Assembly: GCA_963733955.1 (NCBI GenBank)
Contig: CAVTEW010000001.1
Coordinates: 328,005-392,004, forward strand
Direction: 5' to 3'
DNA length: 64,000 bases
Source of the DNA: an uncultured Acidobacteriota bacterium
GTDB taxonomy: Bacteria; Acidobacteriota; Thermoanaerobaculia; UBA5066; Gp7-AA6
The position numbers and the translations under genes were made by a program. Shown in pieces: positions 47,520 to 56,668 of this stretch. The stretch's first letter is position 1. Every line of letters starts with the position of its first letter. The notes below the pieces were generated by a model. It ran no database searches. It was not told where the DNA came from and saw only the letters and a program-made list of their open reading frames with translations.

Positions 47520-48701
47520 AGAAGTCCGGCCGCCCGTCGCTGCGGACCCGAGTCGGGCGATGCGATCGCCGCACAGTCCCTGATCGTTGAAGAACGGCGC
47601 GAGCGCGAATCCGTGTTTTCCGGCGAGAGCCCAGATCTCGTCGACCTGGCCGGGCGAAATGTCGCCCCGGCCGCGGGAGTAGGACTCGCACCGTCCTTCG
47701 AGCGCCAGAAGCATCCCCTCGAGAAGGCAGCCCTGAACGATGTTGGGCGCCGGATGAGGCGCCAGAACGGGGAGCAGGTCGGGGACGAGCTGCAGTCCCC
47801 CGAGGACCTGGCCCATTCCACCGAAGAAAACAATCGGCCGCGGGCCGGGCGACTCGTCCCCATCCCCATCCGCGAGAACATTCTTGGGATAGCCCGCGTC
47901 GCAGACGATCGCGTCCGCACGGACGGATCGCAGCGAAAAGCGGGGCGCGGACAGACTCGCCGCCGCGATGATGATGTCCGCCTCGGGCAGACGCTCCTCC
48001 GGATCGGTCGAGATCGAGACGGCCGTGTCGTCCGAAGCGAAGGCGGACGTCAGCGCTCGCTGGAGTTTCCGCAGGCGGTGCGGATTGCGGGCGCAGAGGA
48101 GGAGGCGCCCGGCCCGGCCCAGGAGATAGCGCGCGCAGCCGGAGCCGACGTCCCCGGTCGCGCCGAGAATGAGGATGGACTGCGAGCCGAGGAACCGCCC
48201 GGCGAGCGCGGACGCCCGCTCGATCGCCTTCACGATGTAGGCGACGGTCAGGGTGTTTCCCGTCGTGAACGCCACGTCCTCGTGGGAGGGAAGGAGGTCG
48301 ACCTTCCCCTCCAGAACGATCGAGCTGAAGCCGCCGAGGGCGGCGACGGCCGCTCCCTCCCTCCGGGCGCAGTCGGCCGCCTCGCGGATCCGCTGGACCT
48401 TCTCCCGCACGGATCCCTGGCCGTCGTCGAGTCCGTCGGGCGCGAGGAACGCGTCCACGTAGACGCCGTGAGCACGCGATCCGTTGGTCGAAAACACCGT
48501 GACGCGGCAGACGGTGCGTGGAGGCAGGTACGGCACGATCTCGCGGATGTCGCGCGCCGAAATGGGCCGGCCGCTCTCGCCCCGCAGCGTCCGGACCACG
48601 GCGGCGGTCTTTTCCCAGCTGTCGAGGTGACCGATGAGCGCGAACCGCGCGGCGGCCGGGCGGCGATCCCCCCGTGGGGCGGTCGCGCCGGCGGGCTTCA
48701 C
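47466..48701 (-). CDS. aar: Long-chain acyl-[ACP] reductase (aldehyde-forming), cyanobacterial AAR type.
   Basis: FALIGHLDSWEKTAAVVRTL (compare MFGLIGHLTSLEQA), GGFSSIVLEG, FTTGNTLTVAYIV, LGATGDVGSGCARYL (NAD(P)-binding) and DAGYPKN all align with cyanobacterial AAR. GTG start overlaps the ado stop (GTGA). Confidence 0.7.
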   Translation of the reverse strand: MKPAGATAPRGDRRPAAARFALIGHLDSWEKTAAVVRTLRGESGRPISARDIREIVPYLPPRTVCRVTVFSTNGSRAHGVYVDAFLAPDGLDDGQGSVREKVQRIREAADCARREGAAVAALGGFSSIVLEGKVDLLPSHEDVAFTTGNTLTVAYIVKAIERASALAGRFLGSQSILILGATGDVGSGCARYLLGRAGRLLLCARNPHRLRKLQRALTSAFASDDTAVSISTDPEERLPEADIIIAAASLSAPRFSLRSVRADAIVCDAGYPKNVLADGDGDESPGPRPIVFFGGMGQVLGGLQLVPDLLPVLAPHPAPNIVQGCLLEGMLLALEGRCESYSRGRGDISPGQVDEIWALAGKHGFALAPFFNDQGLCGDRIARLGSAATGGRTSPCLPRGHGRRLPSETDI

Positions 48702-49459
48702 ACCGGCAAGCGCGTGATCCACTGCAGCGTCTCCTCTCCGGGGAGGCCGACTCGGTCGAGAGACTTCAGATAGAGGTTGATCGCCCCGCCGCGGAGCCGG
48801 ACGATGTCCAGATTCACTTGGGGCAGAGACGGCTTGATGCAGGTCTTTCCACAGAGGAGGCAATCCCCGCGGATGTCCTCCCGCGCCACCATCTCCGCCA
48901 GGACGGACATCACGTTCTCGTGAACGGCCGCGACCTTCTCCCGGAGTCCGACGGGATCGCGCCGGTAGACCTCGGAGAGCAGCTCGATGGCATGCTCGAG
49001 GTGTTCCGTCTCCTCGGCGGCGACCGCCTTGTACGCCCGCCCGAGCCTGCCGGGCGCGACGCGCGCCACAGCCGAGTACATGGAGACGGCGAAGGACTCC
49101 AGCATCAGCTCCTGGATGATCAGGCACGACGTGAAGTCGCCGCGCCCGGCGCTCTGCACGAAGGCGGATCGGATGCGCTTCCAATAGGGCGCGTTCACGT
49201 TCAGCGTCACGCAGAGGCCCATCTCCTCGCCCAGGCGCTGGAACGAGCGGGCGTGCGCCTTCTCCCTCGCCGCGTGCTCGAGGGCTTCGATCTTGTCGTC
49301 CGCGCTCTCGTAGAGATCGACGAGGCTCGCGAAGTTCATCATCCCGACGAGCTCGCCGGTGGCGGACTGAGAAAGAATGCTTTCCCAAACACGGTGCGCC
49401 TCCGCGCCCGCCGGCAACGGATCGCCGGGTATCCCTGACGTCCCTTTCATCGCTTCCAT
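48698..49459 (-). CDS. ado: Aldehyde-deformylating oxygenase (ferritin-like di-iron fatty aldehyde decarbonylase), ADO type.
   Basis: Di-iron ligand motifs are at the spacing expected for ADO: EALEHAAREKAH (ExxH) and AAEETEHLEHA (ExxH). TSCLIIQELMLESFAVSMY is analogous to ADO TPTCLLIQALLIEAFAISAY. Length ~250 aa. GGAGGAGGAG RBS upstream of the ATG. Confidence 0.7.
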   Translation of the reverse strand: MEAMKGTSGIPGDPLPAGAEAHRVWESILSQSATGELVGMMNFASLVDLYESADDKIEALEHAAREKAHARSFQRLGEEMGLCVTLNVNAPYWKRIRSAFVQSAGRGDFTSCLIIQELMLESFAVSMYSAVARVAPGRLGRAYKAVAAEETEHLEHAIELLSEVYRRDPVGLREKVAAVHENVMSVLAEMVAREDIRGDCLLCGKTCIKPSLPQVNLDIVRLRGGAINLYLKSLDRVGLPGEETLQWITRLPV

Positions 49460-49524
49460 CGCTTCCACGTCTCCTCCTCCCGCCCGTCGAAGTCGGGACA
49501 ATCGGGCTCGGGCCCTCCCGGAGC

Positions 49525-49582
49525 CTCACTTTTATCGGTTTCCGAGAGGAGTGTGCGGCGGCGTCCTCTCGGTAAGCAAGGG
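49525..49582 (-). promoter_or_regulatory. Conserved ~55-nt hairpin element, copy B, in the leader region upstream of ado.
   Basis: Plus-strand sequence ctcacttttatcggttTCCGAGAGGAgtgtgcggcggcgTCCTCTCGGtaagcaagg. It has a 9-bp perfect inverted repeat and shares the flanking tatcggt and taagcaagg with copy A. Confidence 0.55.
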
Positions 49583-49687
49583 GTGCATAAAGACGAGTAC
49601 GGAACCGGGAGCCGGAGGTTTCGGGAAAAGCGAGCGGGACCGGGCCGGCCTCAGCCTGGGTCGGATCCCATCCTCCCGGGGGGCGGA

Positions 49688-50701
49688 CTACAGGATTCGC
49701 TCGGAGACTCGGCTTGGCCCCGCTTCCGGGGCTTTCTCGCGCTGGCCGGCCTTGTCCCTTCGATACGCGGCCGGCGGCAAGCGGTACTCGCGCTTGAAGG
49801 CCCGATTAAAGGCCGCTTCGGACTCGTAGCCAACGTCCGACGCGATCTGTGCCACGCCCTGGCTCGTGGCGGCGAGCGCGCGGGCTCCCAACTGAAGCCG
49901 CCATCGCGTCAGATAAGCCATCGGAGGCTGACCCAGGAAGTGCCGGAAGCGCTCCGAGAGCACTGTCCGCGACAGGCCGGCCTCCCGCGCCAGTTCGGCA
50001 ACCGTCCACGGATGCGCGTGCCGATGGTGGAGCAGCGTCAGCGCTCTGCCGACCGCCGGATCGCGGGCGCCCGCGAGCCACCCGGTTTGCCCTTCCGGAA
50101 GCTGCCGGACGTACTTGCGAAGCGTCTCGGCAAAGACGGCCTCCGAAAGCCTCGCCAGCATCGCGTCCGCTCCGGCCTCGCGGTTCGCGGCTTGAGTGAC
50201 GGAGAACCTCAGGGAATTTTCCAGCCATTGTCCCGACGGATCGTCGCGGATATTGACCTTGATGAGGGGCGGCAGGCCACCGAGGAACGCCTGGCTCAAT
50301 TGGGGATCGCAGACCAGGAAACCGCAGATGAACCGGCATGACGCGCCGCCGCCGCCAAAGCGCAGCAGCCCCAGGCCGCGTTTGAGAATGCCCGGAAGGG
50401 CGGCGCCGGCATCGATCGGGGTCACGCAACCGCCGCTGCCCAGCACGTGTCCATGGCCGTGCGGAAACGTGACGAGGTCGCCGGCGGAAAGGTCGACGCG
50501 TTCCCCTTCCTCCAGCTCCACGTAAGCCCGGCCTTCGCTGAGAAGGTGGTAGATGATCACGTGACCGGCCTCTCGCGCGAGCATGGGCGCGATCGCGCGC
50601 GACTGCGGCGACAGGAGGCACCACGGCTCGGAGAACTCCACGTTGAAGAAGATGGCCGAGTCGAGCTTGATGGCGCGAAGAACTTCCGGAAGAGCGTCCA
50701 T
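49688..50701 (-). CDS. AraC family transcriptional regulator (N-terminal cupin sensor plus C-terminal HTH_18).
   Basis: Cupin His motif VTFPHGHGHVLG. C-terminal WTVAELAREAGLSRTVLSERFRHFLGQPPMAYLTRWRLQLGARAL...VGYESEAAFNRAFKREY is the AraC HTH. Confidence 0.8.
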   Translation of the reverse strand: MDALPEVLRAIKLDSAIFFNVEFSEPWCLLSPQSRAIAPMLAREAGHVIIYHLLSEGRAYVELEEGERVDLSAGDLVTFPHGHGHVLGSGGCVTPIDAGAALPGILKRGLGLLRFGGGGASCRFICGFLVCDPQLSQAFLGGLPPLIKVNIRDDPSGQWLENSLRFSVTQAANREAGADAMLARLSEAVFAETLRKYVRQLPEGQTGWLAGARDPAVGRALTLLHHRHAHPWTVAELAREAGLSRTVLSERFRHFLGQPPMAYLTRWRLQLGARALAATSQGVAQIASDVGYESEAAFNRAFKREYRLPPAAYRRDKAGQREKAPEAGPSRVSERIL

Positions 50702-50867
50702 CGAAGTGCGGAGTCTACAACCGCCTTGTCGGCGTCTCCGCTAAGAATCCCGAACGACGAATCAAGCCGAGAGCACGCGCCGGCGCCTCGGTCAAGCAAA
50801 CCGGACGCGCGGGTAACAACTTCAGCGCCGGCGTGGCGCAGAGTCGGCGCTCGAGGAGGAATCACCA

Positions 50868-51701
50868 ATGAGCGCCACAGTCACCACCGCGGCGGCCGCG
50901 GAGATCGACGCCCTGAAGACCCGTCTCAAGGCCACCTGGATGGCCGGCAACTACGACTACTTCTCCCGATTCATGGAGTCGAGCGCGGTCGATTTCCTGG
51001 ATCGATTGGGTGTCGAGGCCGGAGCCTCGCTGCTCGACGTTGCCTGCGGCTCGGGCCAGCTCGGTCTCATCGCAGCGCGTCGGGGCATGCGGGTCACCGG
51101 GATCGACATCGCCAGCAACTCCATTCTGGCCGCGCGCGGCCGCGCCGCCTCCGAAGGACTCGACGCGCGCTTCGACGAGGGAGACGCGGAGGACCTGCCC
51201 TACACGGACGCGAGCTTCGACGTGGTCGCCAGCATCTACGGCGCGATGTTCGCGCCGCGCCCCGAACTCGTGGCGGCCGAGATGCTGCGCGTGTGCCGGC
51301 CGGGCGGCACGATCGCCATGGCCAACTGGACCAGGGAAGGGTTCGTCGGAAAGATGTTCAAGACCTTCGCGCGCTTCCTCGCGCCTCCGGGCATGCCTGC
51401 GCCGGCCCTCTGGGGAGACGAGAGCGTCGTGCGCGAGCGGTTTGGCGCGGGGCTCTTCGACCTGCGGCTGACGCGCGTGTGCTATCGGTTCGACTATCCG
51501 TTTCCGCCGGCCGGGGTCGTGGAGTTCTTCCGCGAGCACTACGGTCCGTCCACGCGCGCCTTTGCCACGCTCGGGGAAGCCGAGGGAGCGACGCTCCGCA
51601 GAGAGCTGACCGATCTGTGGTCTTCGCACAATCAGGCCAACGACGCCTCCCGCACGATCGTCGAGGCGGAGTATCTCGAAGTTGTGGGCGTCCGCGCGTG
51701 A
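50868..51701 (+). CDS. Class I SAM-dependent methyltransferase (Methyltransf_11/25-like).
   Basis: LLDVACGSGQLGLIAARRGMRVTGIDIA is SAM-binding motif I; motif II/III region is VCRPGGTIAMANW. Divergent from the AraC gene. Confidence 0.75.
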   Translation: MSATVTTAAAAEIDALKTRLKATWMAGNYDYFSRFMESSAVDFLDRLGVEAGASLLDVACGSGQLGLIAARRGMRVTGIDIASNSILAARGRAASEGLDARFDEGDAEDLPYTDASFDVVASIYGAMFAPRPELVAAEMLRVCRPGGTIAMANWTREGFVGKMFKTFARFLAPPGMPAPALWGDESVVRERFGAGLFDLRLTRVCYRFDYPFPPAGVVEFFREHYGPSTRAFATLGEAEGATLRRELTDLWSSHNQANDASRTIVEAEYLEVVGVRA

Positions 51702-51749
51702 GTCTCTATTGAAGAAGAGAGGGTCGATCGAGCTCGGGAGGAATCAGAA

Positions 51750-52374
51750 ATGGAGGACCGGATGACGAACGATCGGCAGCTCGTTCTCGAGCGGCAAGAA
51801 CCGCTCCGCGAGCACTACCGCACCAGCCCCGAAGAGGCGTGGATCCGAGACACTGCGCGGACCGTCGCGGACGCGAAATTGGATCCTTTCCACACCCTGG
51901 TTCTCGCGGGTGCAGGGAGAGGAGGGCCCGTGGCGCGTCGGGATCCACCAGGCGGTCGGCGGTTTTCACGACCTTCCCAATCCCGGCGACATCCTCTGCG
52001 CGGCTCTGGCAAGCTGTCTGGAAACCACGCTGAGGATCCTGGCCGCGCGGCTCGGGGTCCCCGTTCGCGATCTCGAGGTCCGAGTCTCAGGCGAGGTCGA
52101 TGTGCGGGGAACCCTGGGGGTGGACCGAGAGACTCCCGTTGGATTCCAGCGTATGGTCTGCAACCTGCGTTGGCGGCTCGAGGACGGGACGACCAGCGAG
52201 CAGGCTGGACGCCTGGCCGCGGCCGCGGAACGCGCCTGCGTGGTGCTCCAGACGCTTCGGCACGGTGTCACGGTCTCGCTGAGACTCGACGATGTGAGCG
52301 ACTCGTCCCGCGGTCTTCCTCGGGAGAGGCCAGTCGGGCCGGCGACGACATCGCCGTCGCCGCGGAAGGGTTGA
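51750..52374 (+). pseudogene. OsmC/Ohr-family peroxiredoxin-like protein with an apparent +1 frameshift near 51905.
   Basis: N-terminal 50 aa (MEDRMTNDRQLVLERQEPLREHYRTSPEEAWIRDTARTVADAKLDPFHTLVLAG) are in frame 0. The OsmC core (GEEGPWRVGIHQAVGGFHDLPNPGDILCAALASCLETTL...AERACVVLQTL) is in frame +1 from a GGG run. Confidence 0.45.
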
Positions 52375-52607
52375 TTACGCCCCTCCGCCAGCGTCGAGGG
52401 ATTCCGCCAGACAATCCGATCAGCCGCGGCCGACCCATCCCGGCGGAGGCGATGTCGTCAGGACGCACGCCGCGGCGTTCACCGCCAGATCGACTTTGCA
52501 AGGCAGTACCCGCGTCCGTTCCCCTGCTCCCATCCTTCTGTCGTAGGATTTGTCTCGACGCCCGGGACTCCCGATCTCGATCTCGGGAAACGCGGAGGAA
52601 GAAGACG

Positions 52608-53384
52608 ATGCGCTCTTCGCTACGGAGGCCCCGGGCCTCGAGATGGATCACCGCCGCCCTTCCGATTCTGATTCTCGTGTTCGGTGCTCGGGCCGCGACG
52701 GCGCAGACGCCGCCCCCAACCAGACCCTCGCCCGCCTACGGCACGACGGATCCGATCCTGTCCCACGTGGGATACAGCGAATTCCTTCCCGCGAGCTCGC
52801 TCTACCAGTACGTGTTGGGGGCTGTCTCCGGGCACGAGGGCCTCTGGTCCGCCGGGGGAGGGATTGCCCTGATCGCGCATCCCCACGTCCCGAGCGGAGC
52901 TCGCCTGGTCTCCCTCGAGCTCGACTATTGCGACACAAACTTGAACGATCACATGTATCTGATCCTCTCGTACTGCGACTACCTCGGGGCCAACTGCCAG
53001 GACCTGGGACAGATCATGACCGCCAAAATACCGTTCGGATCGGGTTGCGGGTCCCTCAGCGTGGACCTGACGCCGAACAACTTCACGCTCGACAACAATG
53101 CCGGACAGCTCCGCCTCACGGCCGGGCTGTCGTCCGGGGATTTCACCAACGTCCTCGTCGGAGTGTACGTCGGTTACAAGCTGCAGGTCAGCGCCGCGCC
53201 CGCGGTCGCGACGTTCGCCGACGTGCCGACTTCGAGCCCGCAGTTCAAGTTCGTCGAGGCGCTCGTCGCCGCCGGCATCACGGCCGGCTGCGGCGGCGGG
53301 AAGTACTGCCCGAACGACGCGATCACGCGCGGGCAGATGGCCGTGTTCCTGGCGACGGCGCTCGGGCTGCACTTTCCCAACTAG
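52608..53384 (+). CDS. Secreted protein with a C-terminal SLH-like (S-layer homology-like) module.
   Basis: GGAGGAAG RBS. Signal peptide MRSSLRRPRASRWITAALPILILVFGARAATAQT. C-terminus FADVPTSSPQFKFVEALVAAGITAGCGGGKYCPNDAITRGQMAVFLATALGL follows the SLH-type F-DV...TRGQ-A pattern. Confidence 0.5.
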   Translation: MRSSLRRPRASRWITAALPILILVFGARAATAQTPPPTRPSPAYGTTDPILSHVGYSEFLPASSLYQYVLGAVSGHEGLWSAGGGIALIAHPHVPSGARLVSLELDYCDTNLNDHMYLILSYCDYLGANCQDLGQIMTAKIPFGSGCGSLSVDLTPNNFTLDNNAGQLRLTAGLSSGDFTNVLVGVYVGYKLQVSAAPAVATFADVPTSSPQFKFVEALVAAGITAGCGGGKYCPNDAITRGQMAVFLATALGLHFPN

Positions 53385-53550
53385 GACGAAGCCGCCCGGG
53401 AGCCGTTGACTTTTGGGATCAGCGCGATTGGCTGACCTCGAGGCGCTTTCGGGAACGGGCGACTGATTGGAGGCCGCCGGGGCAGGCTTCGAATCAGCGA
53501 TTCAGGACGGATCGCCTCCTCCAACCCCCGGCCGTTAGAATCGCCAACCC

Positions 53551-54120
53551 ATGGCCCTCACCGCCGGAACGCGCCTCGGCCCGTACGAGATCCTGACACC
53601 CCTCGGAGCGGGCGGAATGGGAGAGGTCTATCGCGCTCGGGACGGCCAGCTCGGCCGCGACGTCGCCATCAAGGTGCTCCCGGAGGCCGTCGCGCAGAAC
53701 GCCGCGGCTTCCGTCTTTTCGCCGAACGGCCGGTGGCTCGCCTACTGTGTCCTATCCGCCCCCGACAGCCCTTCGCAGGTACTGGTCCGGCCGCTCACGG
53801 GCGGGGGAGGCAAGATCCAGATCACGTCGGACCAGGGAACGTTCCCGGTGTGGACAGACAAGGAGCTCATCTTCCTGGCCGACCGGCAAGTCGTCGCCGT
53901 CGAGGCGCAGACCCAACCGACGTTCCATGCCGGTCCGCGGCGCGATCTTTTCGAGACGCCGTACGACCGCGGCGCCTTGCCGCTGCGAAACTACGACGTC
54001 ACGCGGGACGGCCAGCCGTTCGTGTTCGTCAAGGACGCGTCCGGTCGGGTCCGGAAGCGGATCGACGTGGTGCTCAACTGGTCGGGCGAGGTCGCGAAGG
54101 ACGCGCCAGCGAAGAGGTAG
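53551..54120 (+). pseudogene. In-frame internal-deletion remnant of a Ser/Thr protein kinase - TolB-like beta-propeller protein.
   Basis: First 40 aa are the kinase glycine loop and VAIK lysine ([37 protein letters not shown]). The sequence then jumps directly into the C-terminal end of a TolB-like propeller (SPNGRWLAY...FVFVKD...[12 protein letters not shown]). The catalytic loop, DFG/APE and most propeller blades are absent. Confidence 0.5.
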
Positions 54121-54252
54121 GGCCTGGACCAAACGCGGCGAGCCGGTCGGGCGCGCCCGTTGTCGATCGCGGAGCGCGGGATTCCACGGCGCAAAGTTTG
54201 CAAGCGGGTCTCTGGTTATCGCTTAGGTCCTGGTTGACACAAGGAGGTCAAA

Positions 54253-54750
54253 ATGGCGAAAGCAAAGAGCGCGGTCCCCAAAGGGTTCCACACGGTGACG
54301 CCGCAGCTCACCCTCGAGAACGCGGCGCAGGCGATCGATTGGTACAAGAAAGCGCTCGGTGCGGAAGAGGTCACGCGGGCCGTGGGCCCCGACGGGCAAA
54401 TCATGCACGCGGAGTTGCGTATCGGAGATTCGCTCGTCATGTTGAACGACGCGATGGGCGGCGGCAAGGGTCCCAAGGCGATGGGCGGCTCGCCGGCATC
54501 GCTGTGGGTCTATGTCGAGGATTCCGACGCCCTGTTCCGGCGCGCCGTCGCCGCAGGCGGGCAGGTGCTTCCCGGGCCGATGGGGGCAATGGCAGACCAG
54601 TTCTGGGGCGATCGCTCCGGGACGTTCACCGACCCGCACGGCTACCGCTGGACGATCGCGACTCGCAAGGAAGATCTTTCGCCGCAGGAGATGGACCGGC
54701 GGCAGAAGGAGTGGATGAAGCAGTTCGCGCCGCAGCCGGTCCATAGCTAG
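54253..54750 (+). CDS. VOC family protein (PhnB-like glyoxalase fold).
   Basis: AAGGAGG RBS. HTVTPQLTLENAAQAIDWYKKALGAEEV...GDSLVMLNDA matches the PhnB/3-demethylubiquinone-9-MT-like VOC pattern. Confidence 0.7.
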   Translation: MAKAKSAVPKGFHTVTPQLTLENAAQAIDWYKKALGAEEVTRAVGPDGQIMHAELRIGDSLVMLNDAMGGGKGPKAMGGSPASLWVYVEDSDALFRRAVAAGGQVLPGPMGAMADQFWGDRSGTFTDPHGYRWTIATRKEDLSPQEMDRRQKEWMKQFAPQPVHS

Positions 54751-55100
54751 GCCCGTCGCCGCAGGCGAGCCCGCGCGTCGCTCTCACGGTGATGCTCACG
54801 GCGGCGTCCTGCGGGCGGCGCTGCGCTGAGGTTACGGGATCGACTTACGGTCGATCGGCCCGAAGCGGTCCTGCCCGCGCCGACGGGCTCGCAGCGGCGA
54901 TCGAGCGCCGGCTGGTGAAGAGGAAGGCGGATCCCGCCGACGTCGAGCCCTCCAGACTCGACGATCTGGCGCAACGGGCTGCGAAGCGCAAGCCGGCCGG
55001 CGCCGAGAAGTCGTTGTGAAAAACAAAGGACTGAGCCCGATCCTCTACTGCCGGAGTGTGATTTGGAACGATCCCGGGACTTCGGGGTCTTCCCGCGTGA

Positions 55101-56471
55101 TCAAAGAGCTCCCAGCCGCTCCCCGATCAGCCGGTCGGCACGGGCGAAGTCGACCTCGTCGAGGCTCGCCGCCCGGCTCGTCAACGCGTCGAGGATTTCC
55201 TCCTGAATCACTCCCCGCCGCTTCGCCTCGGCATAGGGAATGGTGTGGAACATCACCATCGAATAGCGGGGGATGAAGCGGCCGGGGTGCCTCTCTTCGA
55301 GGCGAAAGGAAAGGTCCTTCTTCAACTGAAACCTCGGCTCCCGGACGGTCGACCGCATCTCCACGTAGTTCTCCAGGGCCATGTCGGCGATCGCGTCGGT
55401 ATTGGGCCGGCGGCGCGCTTCGAATTCTGCGAAGACCTCGTTCCACGGCCGATTCGGATCCGCCAGACATCGATCGAAGGCGCTGCAATCTTCGAACGCC
55501 GCGTTCATGCCCTGCCCGTGAAAGGGAACGATCGCGTGCGCGGCATCTCCCAGCACGAGGGCGTGATCCTCGAACGACCACGGCGCGCAGCGGATCGTCT
55601 CCAGGTGGCCGGTGGGATTTCCGAAGAAGTCCTCGAGGAGGCCGGGCATGAGCGCGATCGCGTCGCCAAACCGGCGTTCGAAGAGCGCGAGAGCGGCCTC
55701 GGGAGTCGTCAGGGCCTGAAAACTTTCTTCTCCCCGATTCGGCAGAAACAGGGTCGCCGTGAAGCTGCCGTCGGTGTTGGGAAGCGCGATCAGCATGTAT
55801 TCGCCTCTCGGCCAGATGTGCAACGCGTTCTTCTCCATCCGAAACTGCCCGCCTGGCGCCGCGGGGATCGAGAGCTCCTTGTAGCCGTGGCCGAGCGGCT
55901 CCTCGTTGAGGCGTCCGCCCGTCCGTTCCAGAATTGCGGCGCGAACCGCCGAGGCGCTTCCATCCGTCCCGATGAGGACGTCGTAGGGCGTCGTTTGCGG
56001 CTCGGGACTCTCACCGGCTAAGAAGCGCACCAGGCGGTGCGCGAAGTCGACGCCGCAGACCGTCTCTCCGAAGCGGATCGAGACTCGGCCGGTCGAGTCC
56101 GCGGCATCCAGAAGCAGCGTGTTCAGGCCCGCACGCGAGACCGAGTAGATGACTTCATGCGGCTTGTTTCCGTACGGAACGAGCTTGAGACGTCCTTCCT
56201 CGTCGTGAAGCATCCTCCCCACCATCGGAATGAGCTCGGCGCGGACGCTCTCCATCACGCCGACCTCTTCGAGCGCCGCGATGCCGCGGTTGGCGAGCGC
56301 GAGATTGATGGAGCGCCCGGCTGATGTCGCCGCCGCCGGCTTCCGGGGATCGGGGCGGCGCTCGAGGAGCGTCACGCGGTGCCCGCGCCGAGCCAGGAAG
56401 ATCGCCAGGAGCGAGCCGGCGAGACCGGCGCCGACGAGCATGATCCGGGAGGTATCGCGGGGTGTTCTCAC
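55101..56471 (-). CDS. kmo: Kynurenine 3-monooxygenase (FAD-dependent).
   Basis: IMLVGAGLAGSLLAIFLARRGHRVTLLERRPDP is the FAD GxGxxG motif; also RSINLALANRGIAAL, DGSASAVR, GDAAHAIVPFHGQGMNAAFED and the KMO-specific C-terminus FIPRYSMVMFHTIPYAEAKRRGVIQEEIL. Confidence 0.85.
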   Translation of the reverse strand: MRTPRDTSRIMLVGAGLAGSLLAIFLARRGHRVTLLERRPDPRKPAAATSAGRSINLALANRGIAALEEVGVMESVRAELIPMVGRMLHDEEGRLKLVPYGNKPHEVIYSVSRAGLNTLLLDAADSTGRVSIRFGETVCGVDFAHRLVRFLAGESPEPQTTPYDVLIGTDGSASAVRAAILERTGGRLNEEPLGHGYKELSIPAAPGGQFRMEKNALHIWPRGEYMLIALPNTDGSFTATLFLPNRGEESFQALTTPEAALALFERRFGDAIALMPGLLEDFFGNPTGHLETIRCAPWSFEDHALVLGDAAHAIVPFHGQGMNAAFEDCSAFDRCLADPNRPWNEVFAEFEARRRPNTDAIADMALENYVEMRSTVREPRFQLKKDLSFRLEERHPGRFIPRYSMVMFHTIPYAEAKRRGVIQEEILDALTSRAASLDEVDFARADRLIGERLGAL

Positions 56472-56668
56472 AGGGGCGCTCGGAGGCTACACCGAAACGG
56501 AAGCCCCCTCGCCCGTCCGCCTCAGCTCTTCGAGTTGGCGCAGGAACCGGGGTCGAGCTGAAAATCATTTGCCAATTGGTTCCGATGTCCGACTTGGGTC
56601 AGGGGCTCTTCTGCCAATACATGAATTCAGCGTTGACCCCAATTGGGCCACGGTTAGTCAACAACCTC

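Noticed and set aside
49448-49470. Direct repeat gaagcgatg-gaagcgatg at the ado start, giving MEAMEAMK.
   Set aside because: Probably just a short slipped duplication affecting start choice (49450, 49459 or GTG 49468). Not a feature on its own.
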